Part shown: positions 1 to 15,350 of the stretch, piece by piece
Layout of the letters: every line of letters begins with the position of its first letter
How positions within the stretch are numbered: the stretch's first letter is position 1
Origin: Prorocentrum cordatum
Taxonomy: Eukaryota
NCBI GenBank assembly: GCA_963575745.1
Contig: CAUYUJ010000160.1
Location: 62,001-117,428 of the forward strand
Direction: 5' to 3'
Length of the DNA: 55,428 bases
Notes under the pieces: model-generated
What the model was told of the DNA's origin: nothing
What the model saw: only the letters and a program-made list of their open reading frames with translations
Databases searched by the model: none
Position numbers and translations under genes: made by a program

Positions 1-320
1 TCGCCTCCTCCTCCTCCTCCTTCTCCTTCTCCTCCTCCCTCTTTCTCCTCCTCCTCCTCCCTCCTCCTTCTCCTTCTGCTCATTTTCCGCCTCCTCCTCC
101 TCCTCGTCCTCCTCCTCCCCCTCCTCCTCCTCCTCCTCAACTTCCTGCTCCTCCTCCTCGTCCTCCTCCTCCTCCCTCGTCCTCGTCCTCCTCCCCCTCA
201 ATCCTCCATCCTCCATCCTCCTCCTCCTCCGTCTTCCTCCTCCTCCTCCTCCTTCTCCTCATTCGCCTCCTCCTTCTCCTCCTCCTCCTCCTCCTCCTCC
301 TCTGCCTCCTCCTGCTCTCT
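1..320. repeat. (CCT)n microsatellite, degenerate
   Basis: Direct reading of the sequence. Confidence 0.95.
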
Positions 321-736
321 CTTCCTTCCCGCGGAAGGCGACGTCAGGCGTGGTTCACAAAGGCAAAGCGGCCCATCCTTAAGCGCTAAGCCCGTGGCAG
401 TGATGAGATGGGAGATGGGCTGTACTCTTCGGGTTGCTCTGTCTTTGGACTGGCTCCAAGCCGCTGCCTGGAAGACTTCCAATCCCCAAGGTCAGCTCTT
501 TACGCTGAACAGCTGCTCTTAGCGGTTCGAACTCTTCCAACGCCCGACATCAAGTTTTTTTGGCACCAGCGGACCGCCCCCGAGGTCAGCTGTTTTACCC
601 CTCTCTCGTCCTTCGCTCTCCATACTATTGCTTCTTCTTATTGTCCTCTCTCGGCGCTCACTCCTCCCCCATCCGCCTTCTTTTCCTTCACAACCTCCTC
701 TGCCTCCTCCTCCTCCTTCTCCTCCTTTTTATCCTC

Positions 737-960
737 ATCATAATCACCATCACCATCACCAGCACCATCACCACAACCATCTTTATCACCATCCTCCTCA
801 TCATCTTCATCATCGTCCTCATCACCACAATCATCATCACCATCATCATCATCGTCATCATCATCGTCATCGTCATCGTCATCATCATCACCAGCATCAT
901 CAGCATCACCAGCATCATCATCAGCATCATCATCAGTTCCATCATCATTTCCAGCATTAC

Positions 961-998
<38 letters not shown>

Positions 999-1062
999 CC
1001 ATCCTCCTCCTCCACGTCCTCATCCTCGTCGTCCTCCTCCTCCTCCTCCTCCTCCTCCTCCT
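737..1062. repeat. (CAT)n grading into (CCT)n microsatellite
   Basis: Direct reading; source of the poly-I/poly-H/poly-D ORFs. Confidence 0.95.
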
Positions 1063-1444
1063 CTCGCCTTCACCGTCCAGCCGATCCCTGTGCCAGCGTG
1101 GCGCGGGCCGCGGACAATTGACGACTGAGCCCAGAAGTGCTGGGTATCGGCTGTAGGGCAGCCGGGCCTCTGCTCGTTGGCCGCCGCGAAGCGCCCTTCT
1201 CTGGCGAAGCCCCTGGGTGCTGGAACGGCTGGCTTGGTGGCACGGGGGTGGGCGACGGCGTAGCGGCGGCAGCGACGGCCGTGGCAGCGACCAGCATGCC
1301 GATGTTGCCAGCTGATGTCCATCTATTCGGCGTGGAGGAGGGTGGAAGCAGAGGATGAAGGCCATGAAGGGGAGGCAGAGGATGGTGGAGCAGGAGGTGA
1401 GGAGGGAGCTTGGACGAATGAAGGTGGAGGGGGTGGAGTTGGGG

Positions 1445-1870
1445 TGATGATGACGATGACAATGCCGATGCCGACGACGATGGCGACGACGACGACGCCG
1501 ACGCCTACGCCGATGTCGACATCGACGCCGACACCGACGCTGACGCCGACGCCGACGCCGACGCCGACGACGACGAGGACTACGACGACGATGGTGATGA
1601 TGGTGGTCGTGATGATGATGATGATGATGTTGATGATGAGGATGAGGAGGATGAGGATGATGACGAGGGTGAGGATGAGGATGATTGTGATGATGAGGTG
1701 GAGGGCGAGGAGCAGCAGTAGTGTGCTGCTAATGGTGATGATGAGGATGATGATGATGATGATGATTATGGTGATGATGATCATGGTGACGAGTACGACA
1801 ATGGTGATGTTGATGGTGACGGTGATGATGATGCTGATGCTGATGATGATGACGGTGGTGATGGTGATGG

Positions 1871-1908
<38 letters not shown>

Positions 1909-2202
1909 ATGATGACCATGATGCTGATGCTGATGCTGCTGATGATGATAATGCTGCTGCTGATGATGCTGATACTCATGATGATCATAATGCTGATGAT
2001 GATGATGATGATCATCATCATCATGATGATATGATGACGACAGCGGCGACGATGACGCTGACGCTGACGATGACGATGACGATGATGATGATGATGATGG
2101 TGATGCTGATGATGATGACGATGTTGCTGATGATTATGTTGAGGATGATGCTGCTGCTGCTGATTATGATGATTATGATGATGATGATGATGATGATGAT
2201 GC

Positions 2203-2234
<32 letters not shown>

Positions 2235-2673
2235 CTGGCGATGATGATGCTAATGATGATGATCTTGATGATGAGGATGATGCCGTTGTCGATGATGATG
2301 AAGAAGGTGCTGATGCTGATGATGATGATGCTGCTGATGCTGATGCTGCTCATGATAATAATGCTGCTGCTGATGATACTGATGATGATCATAATGCTGA
2401 TGATGACGACGACGACATCGACGACGATGACGATGACGCTGACGATGACGATGACGATGACGATGATGATGCTGATGATGGTGATGCTGATGATGATGAC
2501 GATGATGATGATTTTGGTGAGGATGATGCTGCTGCTGATTATGACGCTGATGACGAGAATGACGATGGTGTTGACGATCATGATTATGATGAGAATGATG
2601 CTGATGATGATGATGCGTTGTCGATGGTACTGAAGAAGATGATGATTATGCTGATGATGGTAATGCTGAGGAT

Positions 2674-2715
<42 letters not shown>

Positions 2716-2760
2716 CTGATGATGCTGATGATGATGATGATGCTGACGATGCTGATGACA
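1445..2760. repeat. (GAT)n/(GAC)n compound microsatellite
   Basis: Direct reading; internally duplicated interruption patterns (about 1920-2010 vs 2330-2410). Confidence 0.95.
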
Positions 2761-2989
2761 ATTCTTCACGCTTCGCGTATCCCCACCAGCCCATCTCAAA
2801 ACAGCAACTCTAGCGAAGCATGCCGACAGTCGTGTTTTTCAGGCGTGTTTCCGCCTGCCCCCGCATATCTCCCCTGTTCCGCCTTCCTCCCGCCTCCGTG
2901 TACATCCTCCTTGTGGTGGGAGCGGGAGAAGGACGAGGCGGAGGAGGAGGGAGAGAAAGCGCTCCTCGTGGTTTGAGTCGTTTGGGCTT

Positions 2990-3150
2990 CTCGTCCTGGT
3001 GTGAGTCGTTCGGGCCCTTCTTCCTGGTGTGAGTCGTTCGGGCTCTTCGTGGTGTGAGTCGTTCGGGCTCTTCGTCCTGGTGTGAGTCGTTCGGGCTTCT
3101 CGTGGTGTGAGTTGTTCGGGCCCCTCGTCCTGGTGTGAGTCGTTCGGGCC
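2990..3150. repeat. ~24-27 bp minisatellite (core tggtgtgagtcgttcggg), ~6 copies
   Basis: Repeated core visible in the sequence. Confidence 0.9.
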
Positions 3151-3189
3151 CCTCCTCCTGCCCGTCCAGAAACGACGCCCAGGCGAGTA

Positions 3190-3777
3190 GAGGGTCGTCC
3201 TGATTGGCTTTTCGGCGTCTTGGGTGCCTCGGGGGGGCCTCTTTTGGGCCGTTTGGGATCCTCTTGGGGGCCTCCTGGGGGCCTCTTGAGGCCATCTTGG
3301 GGCCTCTTGGTGCCTCCTGGGCGCTTCTTGGGGCCATCTTGGAGGAAATCGATCAAATAAGAGGGGAGCTTTAATTCGCGCTGCCCCCTCAGAAGGCCAA
3401 AATGGTGCCAAAACCTTAGTACAATCAATGATTTTGGCTTGAAAGAAAAGGGGAGCTTTACTTAGCGCTGCCCCCTTCAGAAGGCCAAAATGGGGCCAAA
3501 ACCTTAGTAAAATCAATGATTTTGGCTTCAAAGAAGAGGCGAACACTTTTCTGCCCCCCCCCCCCCCCCCGTCGGGGCCAGAATCCTCGTGAGGGGTGTC
3601 GTTTTTTAGCCACCCCAGGAGTCGAACATGACCCCTCTGACGACCCGCGAAAGGACCTCTCCAGGCCCAGGGGGAGGGGGTAGGGGGAGGGGTAAACCCC
3701 TCCCCGAAGCGGAAGAAGGGGGGTTGAGAACAGAGAGAGCTCGCTAAACCACTCACGCCCAAAGGGCTGGTGGGATT

Positions 3778-3778
<1 letters not shown>
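3190..3778 (+). mobile_element. Non-autonomous dispersed element, copy A (ggggcctcttg array, GTGAGGGGTGTCG motif, terminal hairpin + GGTGGGATT)
   Basis: 3554-3778 is nearly identical to 5399-5614; similarity stops sharply at ...gggctggtgggatta. Confidence 0.75.
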
Positions 3779-5038
<1,260 letters not shown>

Positions 5039-5044
5039 AGGTCG

Positions 5045-5614
5045 ATGTCTTGGCGGAGCCTCCTGGAGACCTTTTGGGGCCTCTTGGGGGCCTGTTGGCG
5101 GCCCCAGGGGCTTCGAGAAGCGTCTTGGGTGCCTTGGGGGAGCCTCTTCGGGCTTCTTGGGGGCCTCTTGGAGGCCGTTTGGGGCGTCTTGGGGGCCTCT
5201 CGGCGGCCCCAGGGGCTTCCAGGAGCGTCTTGGGTGCCTCGGGGGAGCCTCTTGGGGCCTCTTGGGAGCCTCTTGGGGGCCTCGTGGGGGCCTCTTGGAG
5301 GCCTCTTGGGGCCTCTTGGGGCTCTTTGGGAGGGGTCTGGGAGGTATCTTGGGGCCATCTTTCGGGCGATCGATCACAGAGGGGGCGGGTTTTTTCTCCC
5401 CCCCCCCCTCGGGGCCAGAATCCTCGTGAGGGGTGTCGTTTTTTAGCCCTCCCAGGAGTCGAAACAGACCCCTCCAACCACCCGCGAAAGGACCTCTCCA
5501 GGTCCAGGGGGAGGGGGTAGGGGGAGGGGTAAACCCCTCCCCGAAGGGGAAGAAGAGGGTTGAGAACAGAGCGGGCTCTCTAAACCACTCACGCCCAAAG
5601 GGCTGGTGGGATTA
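5045..5614 (+). mobile_element. Non-autonomous dispersed element, copy B
   Basis: Same architecture and 3' ~215 bp as copy A. Confidence 0.75.
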
Positions 5615-5616
5615 TA

Positions 5617-5775
5617 CTGCTGATGCTGCTGATGATGATGCTGTTGTTAGTGTTGTTGATGCTGATTATGCTGCTGCTGCTGCTAATGTTCATGATGATG
5701 CTGATGATGATGCTGCTGATGATGACGATGTTGTTGACGATGATGCTGCTGATCATGATCATGATGATTATGTTT

Positions 5776-5821
<46 letters not shown>

Positions 5822-5980
5822 CGTTGATGATGATGCTGATGCTGATGATGCTGATGATGATGCTGATGCTGCTGATGATGATGATGTTGATGATGATGAT
5901 GCTGATGGTGATGATGATGATGATGATGATGATCATGATGATGATGATGATGATGATGATGATGCTGATGATGCTGATGC

Positions 5981-6058
<78 letters not shown>

Positions 6059-6060
6059 CG
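5617..6060. repeat. (GAT)n microsatellite
   Basis: Direct reading. Confidence 0.95.
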
Positions 6061-6364
6061 CAGGCGGGTGTGGCAGTTCGTGGAGGCCCCAGGAACCCCC
6101 CCTATTGAGTTTTTGTGTCTTGTAGTTTCGGGTTTTGCCGGTTTCGTTTCCGGGATTTTCATGGGTTCTCGGGTGTTTGTCGGGGGGGAACCACAGACAA
6201 CAATCAGTTTTTTCATGGTTTTCCATAGACAGCAATACAGCAATTCGTTTTTCACATTTTTCCCAAACCTTCCTTGGTTCGGTCGTGTCCTCCTCCCGCC
6301 TCCCGCTTCCCGCCTCCTGCCTCCCGCCTCCCGCCCCCCCTCCTTCTTGTCTCCTCTTGCCGTG

Positions 6365-6792
6365 CCTGGGGGGCTGCGATCTGCGAAACGGTCGCCACTT
6401 TCGAGGGCTGCTGGTGGGTCCTGCGGAGTGAGGCACCGCGCTGATCTGAGCGGGACCTCCCCGTCACTGGGGGGGCTGCGATCTGCGAAATTGTCGCCAC
6501 TTTCGAAGGTTGCTACTGGGTCCAGCGGGGTGAGGAACCGCGCGAATCTGAGCGGGACCTCCCCGTCTCTGGGGTGCTGCGATCAGCGAAACTGTCGTCA
6601 TTTTCGAGGGCTGCTGGTGGGTCCAGCGGGGTGAGGCACCGCGCGGATCTGAGCGGGACCTCCCCGTCCCTGGGGGGCTGCGATCTGCGAAACAGTCGCC
6701 ACTTTCGAGGGCTGCTGGTGGGTCCTGCGGAGTGAGGCACCGCGCGGATCTGAGCGGGACCTCCCCATACCTGGGGGGCTGCGTTCTGCGAG
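6365..6792. repeat. ~101 bp tandem repeat, ~4 copies
   Basis: gggggctgcgatctgcgaaa...gagcgggacctcccc recurs about every 101 bp. Confidence 0.9.
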
Positions 6793-7189
6793 TTCCAGGG
6801 CACCACAATTGAGAACACGAGTATTTCTGACCCACTCCTGGAAAACCACCGAAAGCCCCCCAAACGAGGTTTCGTTTCTGGTGTTTCTCGGAGGTTATTT
6901 GTGAAAGCACCCCGCAAGACTTTGAACAAACCTCCAGATCAGTGATTTTTCTATTGTTTTGCGGGAGTTCTGGGCTCCCACAATTAAAAGCAACATTTTT
7001 TTTGAAAACCCACCGGCAATTTCAGAAAAAACACCCAGATCGGATTTTGTTTCCGGGATTTTCTGGTGGTTCCGGGGCCCCATCAGTAAAAACAGCATGT
7101 TTTTTGAAAGCCCATCGGAAAACGCCAGAAATGACCCTCAACTCGGGTTCTCTTTTTTTGGGGGGGGTGATTTTGGGGCGAATGTTCGC

Positions 7190-8405
7190 CGCCCGCCCCG
7201 CGCCGCCCGCCCGCCGTGCTGCCGTGCTCAACACAGCACCCAGTACTCAAGAGCGTCCGTCTCCAATACAACACCCAGTGCTCGACAGCTCCCGTCTCCA
7301 ACACGACACCCAGTACTCCACAGCATCCCGCTGCAAGCGAGCCTCCTTAGGATTCCTGTTCAAATCCCGATCCGCCTGCCGCCCGCCGCCCGCCCGCCCC
7401 CCGCCGCCCGTTCGCCGTGCTCCCGCGTTCAACACAACACCCCTCACTCAACAGCGTCCGCCTCCCATACAGCACCCAGTACCCAGCAGCTCCCACCTCC
7501 AGCACACCACCCTGTACTCCACAGCATCCCGCTGCAAGAGCGAGCCCCTCTGGAGTTCTACTAGACTCCCGGTCCGCCCGCCCGCCGCCGGCCCGACCGC
7601 CGCCCGACCGCCGCCCGCCCGCCGTCCGCCCGACCGCGGCCCGTCCGCCGCCCGCCCCCCGCCGCCCGCCCGCCGTGCTCCCGCGTTCAACACAGCACCC
7701 CGTGCTCGATCCCGATCCGCCCGCCCGCCCTCCATTGGGATCCCGATCCGCCCGCCCGCCTTCCCGCCGCCTGACCGCCCCCCGCCACCCTTTCGTCGCG
7801 GTTCCGCGTTCAACACAGCACCCAGTACTCAAGAGCGTCCGTCTCCAACACGACACCCAGTACTCGACAGCTCCCGTCTCCAACACAACACCCAGTACTC
7901 CACAGCATCCCGCTGCAAGCGAGCCTCCTTAGGATTCCTGTTCAAGTCCCGATCCGCCCGCCGCCCGCCCGCCACCCGCCGCCCGTTCGCAGTGCTTCCG
8001 CGTTCAACACAGCACCCAGTACTCACTAGCGCCCGTCTCCAACACAGTATCGGGTTCTCAACAGCCTCCGTCTCCAACGCAACACCCAGTGCTCCACAGC
8101 ATCCCGCTGCAAGAGAGAATCCTTAGGAGTTTTATTAAAATCCCGATCCGCCCGCCGCCCGCCCGCCCGCCCGCCCGCCGCCGGCCGCCCGCCTTCCGCC
8201 GTCCGCCCGCCGCGCTTCCGTGTTTAGCACAACCCCCAGCACTCAACATCATCCGTCTCCAACACAACAGCCACTACTCAACGTATTCCGTCTCCAACAC
8301 AAAACCTAGTATTCAGCAGCATCCCGCTGCAAGAGAGAACCCTTAGGAGTTCTCTTCAGATCCCGATCCGCCCGCCCGCCGTCCGCCCTCCCGCCTCCCG
8401 CCCGC
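7190..8405. repeat. Composite tandem array of (ccgcc)-rich spacers and caacacagcacccagtactc modules
   Basis: 7228-7380 is nearly identical to 7810-7960; further diverged units near 7430, 8005 and 8225. Confidence 0.85.
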
Positions 8406-8869
8406 CTTCACCTCGCCGCACTGAATGATATTCGAATGGCCTTCAGCTCATCCTGCCACCGTGCCTGGGTTGTGGGTATGAAGCCTATGGAATGTTCGTA
8501 GGGATCTGGTGGGATGCCTATGGAGGGCGGTCTTGGAGGCAGTTTGGAGGCCTCTTGGGGGGAGTTTTGTGGTCTTGGGCTTCCTTTGGGTCTCTGGGAG
8601 GCCTTTTGGGGCCTCATGCAAGCCTTTTGGGTGCCTTTTGGGGCCTCGCGGCTCACAATGTCTCAGGGTGTATCGTGGTTTCTCAGAGTTCCTCAGAATT
8701 CAAATAGGTTCCGCAGAATTCTTTCAGATTTCCTAGTGATTCCTCGGGGGTCATCAGCGTTCCTAAGGTGTCCTCAGGATTCCTCAGGCTTCCTTAGGAT
8801 CTGCGTCGGTTCCTCAGGATCTACCATGGTTTTTCACATTTGCTGAATCGCTTCGCTCATTCCGCCGGC

Positions 8870-9221
8870 CCTGGAGCCCTCTTTAGGGCCTCTTGAGGAC
8901 CTTTTGGGGGTCTCTTGGGGCTCCTTGGCGGCGTCTGGGGGGCCCCCAGGCCTCTTGGGGGGCTCTTGGGGGCCTCTTGGGGCAGGAGGGGGGGTAGTCG
9001 ATTGCGCCCCCCCCTTCGGAGGCCACGATCCTTGTGAGGGGTGTCGAAAAATTGCCCGGTCCGGCATCTCTGACCCGACTCTGCCGGGACCCTCCCGGGA
9101 CTTAACCGGGGTCTTTTTCGCCCGGGGACCCCCAGGGGCCGCCCCGCGCGCGAATTAGAAATATTGTTAACCAATTACTGGAGATCTTAGCACGCCTCTG
9201 GCCCGTTGGGCCAGCGAATTT
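8870..9221 (+). mobile_element. Non-autonomous dispersed element, copy C (diverged)
   Basis: ggggcctcttg array, GTGAGGGGTGTCG at 9034-9046, terminal cacgcc-tct-ggccc-gtt-gggcc-agcgaatt at 9191-9220. Confidence 0.55.
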
Positions 9222-9339
9222 TGAATTATTGAATTCCTTCGGTTTCCGAACGGTTCCTCAGGAGGCCTGAGGTTTCGCCTGGGTCGTTAGAATTCTTCAA
9301 TGATGTTGTGCAACAGTGGTGTTGAAGACGCTCCATTCT

Positions 9340-10690
9340 CCTGTTGGATTCCTTTTGGCACTCCAAGCAACACAATGGATTTATTGGACTTCCGGAGTCG
9401 TTCAATTTGGCTTCTAGATGTTCTAAATTCAATGCGAAACGTTTGTTTGGTATCGAAGTAAGGAAACGCTCAGTTTTCTCGGCTGATTTCTTCTGACAGC
9501 CAATCCAAGACAAGACTTTTGCTGGGATTTCGGAGACGCTCCGCTCTCGTTTTGAATCTTCATTGAATTCAAATTTCCTTTTTTTTGCGATCCAAAGCAC
9601 AACATTTCTTTTGTGCGAAGGCCCGAGGCGGTCCAATTTCCTTCGGCATTCTTTTTGGCACCAAATGCAAAACATTGGTTTCACGCGGAATCCCGAGGCG
9701 ATCAAATTTTCTTTCAAATTCTTTTGGAAATGCAAGCATTTGTTTCCTCAGAATCTCGGGGCGATCCAATTTCCTTGTTCACTTCTTCTTGTCATCCAAT
9801 ACAAAACATTGTTTTTTCCCGGAATCCCGAGGCGAACACATTTTTTAAAAAGTCTTTCTGACATCTCCCTCCGCAGTGTCGACCCAGAGGGAACTGATGA
9901 TATTCGAGACGTGCGTGCAAACGAAGCTGCTTTACAGTTTACACACCACTTGGCTGAAGAAGCAGGAGGTGGCTAGAGTGGACGCCTTCCAGGCGAGGTG
10001 CTTACGACGTATTCTGGGCATCGGACAGTCGTATTGGAGCAAGGTCACAAACGCCAGAGTGCTGCAACTGGCCGGGCGCGTGAAGCTGAGCTGTGTCTTG
10101 TTGCAGAGACAGCTGTGCTTGTTTGGGCGGATAGCAAGGTGTGCCGGAGGACGCCCTCTCCGAGAGGCTATCTTTGTACCTCCCTCCCCTTCCTCCCGCC
10201 TCTCCCCCCCCATCCCTTCTCTCTCCTTGCTTTCGAAGAAAGCCGCTTGGTGTTAGGAAAAGAGGCTGGCCCAGGCAAGCGTGGGCCGGAGAAATCGGGA
10301 GACACGCAGCCGCCGTGCGCGACGCCTGCGGTTTTTTCTTCGAAGATACTGCGTTCATCCCAGCTGACAGCTGGGAGACAACTGTTCGGAGATACCGTGC
10401 ACCACGGTAGCTTGTCTTAATTGCTCATGTGCTTGTCACGCGGCTTCGCAACAACTGAAGTCAAATGCGAAACATTGTTTTTCTCCAGGATCCATCCCGA
10501 GGCGATCACATTTCCTTTTGATTTTTTTGAGATTCCATAGAAAACATAGTTTTCGTCGGAATCCCGGGGCGGTCCACTTTCCTTTTTAATTCCGTTCGAG
10601 ATCCAATGCGAAGCGTTGTTTTTCTCCGGAACCCCGAGGCGATCCAATTTCTTTACAAATTGTTTTCTCCAGAGTCCCGAGGCGATAATT
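9340..10690. repeat. Degenerate AT-rich ~67-70 bp array, interrupted by the RTE fragment
   Basis: caaatgcaaaacatt...ggaatcccgaggcgatc(c/a)aattt units on both sides of 9850-10455. Confidence 0.75.
9880..10295 (+). pseudogene. RTE-clade non-LTR retrotransposon ORF2 C-terminal fragment (post-RT region)
   Basis: Translation IFETCVQTKLLYSLHTTW...DAFQARCLRRILGI...KVTNARVL...RQLCLFGRIAR and downstream RKRGWPRQAW match the RTE C-terminal pattern LLYG.E.W...F...CLR.IL.I...V.N..VL...R.L...GH..R...GRPR..W. Confidence 0.8.
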
Positions 10691-10833
10691 CTTAAAGAGG
10701 AAAATGTGAGTGATACACATTTGTTTCGATTTGCTTCGCGCGCGTCCTCCCGAACCCGGACCGGAACCCGAACCTTTACCCTGACCAGTTGTTCGAAGCT
10801 GGTAACTCAAAGTACGGCGACTACCGTTAACCC

Positions 10834-10838
10834 TAGTC

Positions 10839-10893
<55 letters not shown>

Positions 10894-10894
10894 C

Positions 10895-10972
<78 letters not shown>

Positions 10973-11151
10973 CGTAGTAGTCGAAGTAGTGGTAGTAGTA
11001 GTGGTGGTAGTAGTAGTACTAGTACTAGTAGTAGTGGTAGGAGTAGTAGTCGTAGTAGTCGTAGTAGTCGTAGTAGTAGTAGTAGTAGTAGTAGTAGCGC
11101 TGGTCGTCGTCGTCGTCGTCGTAGTCGTGTTCGTAGTAGAAGTGGTAGTAA

Positions 11152-11201
<50 letters not shown>

Positions 11202-11269
11202 ATCGTAGTAGTAGTAGTAGTAGTAGTAGTCGTAGTTCGTAGTAGTTAGTAAGTAGTAGTAGTAGTAGT

Positions 11270-11302
<33 letters not shown>

Positions 11303-11478
11303 TAGTTAGTAGTCGTAGTAGTAGTAGTTAGTTAGTAGTAGTAGTCGTAGTTAGTCGTAGTAGTCGTAGTAGTAGTAGTAGTAGTAGTAGTTAGTAGTAG
11401 TAGTAGAGTGAGTGAGTCGTAGGGCTAGTCGTAGTCGTAGTCGTAGTCGTAGTCGTAGTCGTAGTCTTAGTAGTAGTA
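10834..11478. repeat. (AGT)n microsatellite
   Basis: Direct reading. Confidence 0.97.
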
Positions 11479-11600
11479 GGGTTGTCCGGTTTCTTGTCGG
11501 TGTTGTTGTTCCGTTTAAAGAGGGTGTAGCGGGTGCAAGGGTTCGGCTCCGGGTTCGGGCTCGCGGAGCGCGCCCCGAACAATAACACACACCACACCCA

Positions 11601-11640
<40 letters not shown>

Positions 11641-11641
<1 letters not shown>

Positions 11642-11678
11642 TAGAACCACGCGCGCTTCGCGCGCGCTTAGGTTCTAG
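11641..11678 (-). mobile_element. Probable Helitron 3' terminus (hairpin + CTAG|T) abutting (TA)n
   Basis: Minus strand reads ...gcgcgc-gaa-gcgcgc-gtggtt-CTAG|tatata. Confidence 0.5.
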
Positions 11679-12099
11679 CCGCGCCCATGGGACTCGCATC
11701 AGAAGTTGCGAATGTCCCAGTCAAAGATGCAAGGGCCAATTGTGCCAGAAGTTATTGCTTGATGCCCACTCCACACTTAAAATGCATCACGCTTCTTCCA
11801 GTCAGTATACAGGTATGCATATGTGGCCGCAGCACGACACGGAGGGAACGATCGCCGGTGACGGGGGCAGCAGGGGAAGCCAGGCGACAGAGGCGGAGGA
11901 GGGACAGGCAGGAGAGAGGGAAGCGAACGAGGAAGGCAGCAAGGAAGGAGCGGTGGGAGACGCATCGCCCCCCGATGTCGTTGATTGGACAGCAGAAGCT
12001 GTCCCGGAGGCGCATGGGATTCCTCGCGGTGAATCTCTCAGGGGCCTCCTGGAAGCAGATCCGACGCCTCTTGTGACCCGTGTGTGTGCCTGTTCGAAG

Positions 12100-12660
12100 T
12101 TGGTTTGGGGCATCTTGGGAGTCTCTCGGGGGCTTCCTGGCGGCTTCTTGGGGGTCTCTTGGAGTGTCCTGGGCGCCTCCTGGGGGCCGCTTGGGGCCTC
12201 CTGGGAGCCTCTTGGAGCCGAATGCTCGAGAAGTCCGCGAAGATCCCGCGTCAGGACCCCTTCTTGGAGCCGTCTTGGGGCCGTCTTGGGCCGTCATGGG
12301 GGCCTCGTGGGCCGTCTTGGGGCCGTCTTGGGCCGTCTTGGGGCCGTCTTGGGGCCGTCTCAGGCCGTCTTGGGGCGGTCTTGGGGGCCTCTTGGGCGGT
12401 CTTGGAGCGTCCGATCTCCGAAAAGGCGAGAACCCCCAAAAAACTTCAAAAACAATGGAAAATCAATGTTTTTTTGCCTCTTGGGACCCTCTTGGGAAGG
12501 CCTCTTGGAGACCGCTGGCCGCGTTTTGGAGGCCACTGAAGCCGTCTTGGGATCATCGTGGGCGTCTTGGAGCGATCTTTGGGCGTCTCGGGGCCCTCTG
12601 GGACCACTTGGGGGCCTCCTCGGCCTTCTTGGGGCCGTCTCGGAGCCCCTGGGGACGCCG
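12100..12660. repeat. 10-11 bp low-complexity array (ttgggccgtc / ggggcctcttg)
   Basis: Direct reading; the same family occurs reverse-complemented at 26110-26900 and 36680-36900. Confidence 0.85.
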
Positions 12661-12726
12661 CCAGGGGAGGGACCCACGCATATACAAAGGAGGTTCCGGC
12701 CCGGGGCGCGGGGGCCGGGATCTCCC

Positions 12727-12734
12727 ATATATGA

Positions 12735-12814
<80 letters not shown>

Positions 12815-12831
12815 GTATATATACACATATG

Positions 12832-12899
<68 letters not shown>

Positions 12900-12900
12900 A
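12727..12900. repeat. (TATATG)n-(TA)n-(TG)n compound microsatellite
   Basis: Direct reading. Confidence 0.95.
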
Positions 12901-12939
12901 GATATAAATATACATTTATGTCTACTAGACTCTTCAGCC

Positions 12940-13377
12940 CCCCGCGGCTTCGGGCGAAACTGTCGAGAGACGCGGGCGACGCGGCATGCTGCTGCGCAGG
13001 GGTTCGGGCGTGTTGTTTTCCGCGTGGTAGCGCGCCGACTGGGGGCGCTCCTGAACACACCACGTAAAAATACCACACAGAATGCCCTCGTCGCCCGTCT
13101 CACGCCAATTCCGCTCGAAACCGCGGCTCCCCGCGGCCTCGGGCGAGCGTGACGTGAGACGCGACGCGGTTGACGCGAGGCTTGGGCGTCGTTGTTTGCT
13201 GCGTGGTTGCGCGCCGACTCGGGGCGCCCCTGGAAACATTACGTAAAAACACTGCGCAGAATGCCCTCGTCGCCCGCGCCTCGCGCCAGTTCCCCCCCAA
13301 TCCGCAGCTCCCTGCGGCCTCGGGCGAAAGTGGCGAGAGACGCGGGCGACGCGGCATGCTGCTGCGCAGGGGTTCGT
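12940..13377. repeat. ~180-190 bp tandem duplication, ~2.3 copies
   Basis: gagacgcgggcgacgcggcatgctgctgcgcagg at about 12968 and 13338; 13020-13145 resembles 13200-13326. Confidence 0.8.
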
Positions 13378-13922
13378 CAGGAATCTTCAGGAATCCTCCG
13401 GAATCCTGAAGAATCCGGAGGGATCCTAAGGAATCCGGAGGAATCCCTAAGAATCCATAGTAATCCTCAGGAATCCTCAAGAATCTTAAGGGAATCCGGA
13501 AGAATCCTAAGGGAAATCCTCGGGAACCCTGAGGAATCCGCAGGACCTTCAAGAATCCGGAGGAATCCAGAGGAATCCTTCCTCTGGATTCTTGAGGAGT
13601 CTTCAGCAACCCTCGAAAATCCGCGAGAATTCTCAGGAATCCGGAGGAATCCGCAGGACTCTTCAGGAATCCTCCAGAACCCCAAATAATCTTCCGGAGT
13701 CCTCAAACATCCAGAAGGAATCCGGAGGAATTCTTCGGAATCCAAAGGAATCCTCAATAATCCTCAGGGAATCCTCAGGAATCCGGCCTGACGAATCTTC
13801 AAGAATCCAGAAGGAATCCTGAGGACTCCTCAGGAATCCTCAAGAATCCCAAGTATTCTTCAGGAGTCTTCAAAAGAATCCGGAGGGAATCCTCAGGAAT
13901 CCTCAGGAATCCTGCCTGAGGA
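13378..13922. repeat. 10 bp satellite (GGAATCCTCA)n, degenerate
   Basis: Direct reading; related arrays at 39357-39485 and, reversed, 8680-8822. Confidence 0.92.
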
Positions 13923-14019
13923 ATGCCATGCGAAACAAGTCTTGGGTAAACTTGAAAAAACCTTACAATTCCATGGGCATTCAGGACCTCCAGAAACGGA
14001 GCATGGACGCCAGATTCAT

Positions 14020-15350
<1,331 letters not shown>

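Noticed and set aside
330..630. Unique islands as host exons (also 25950-26100, 33400-33600, 46215-46660)
   Set aside because: No recognisable protein similarity or consistent splice pattern by eye; cannot be excluded without transcript data.
11533..13152. 539-aa ORF
   Set aside because: Crosses (TA)n, 10-11-bp arrays and (TATATG)n; no domain signal.
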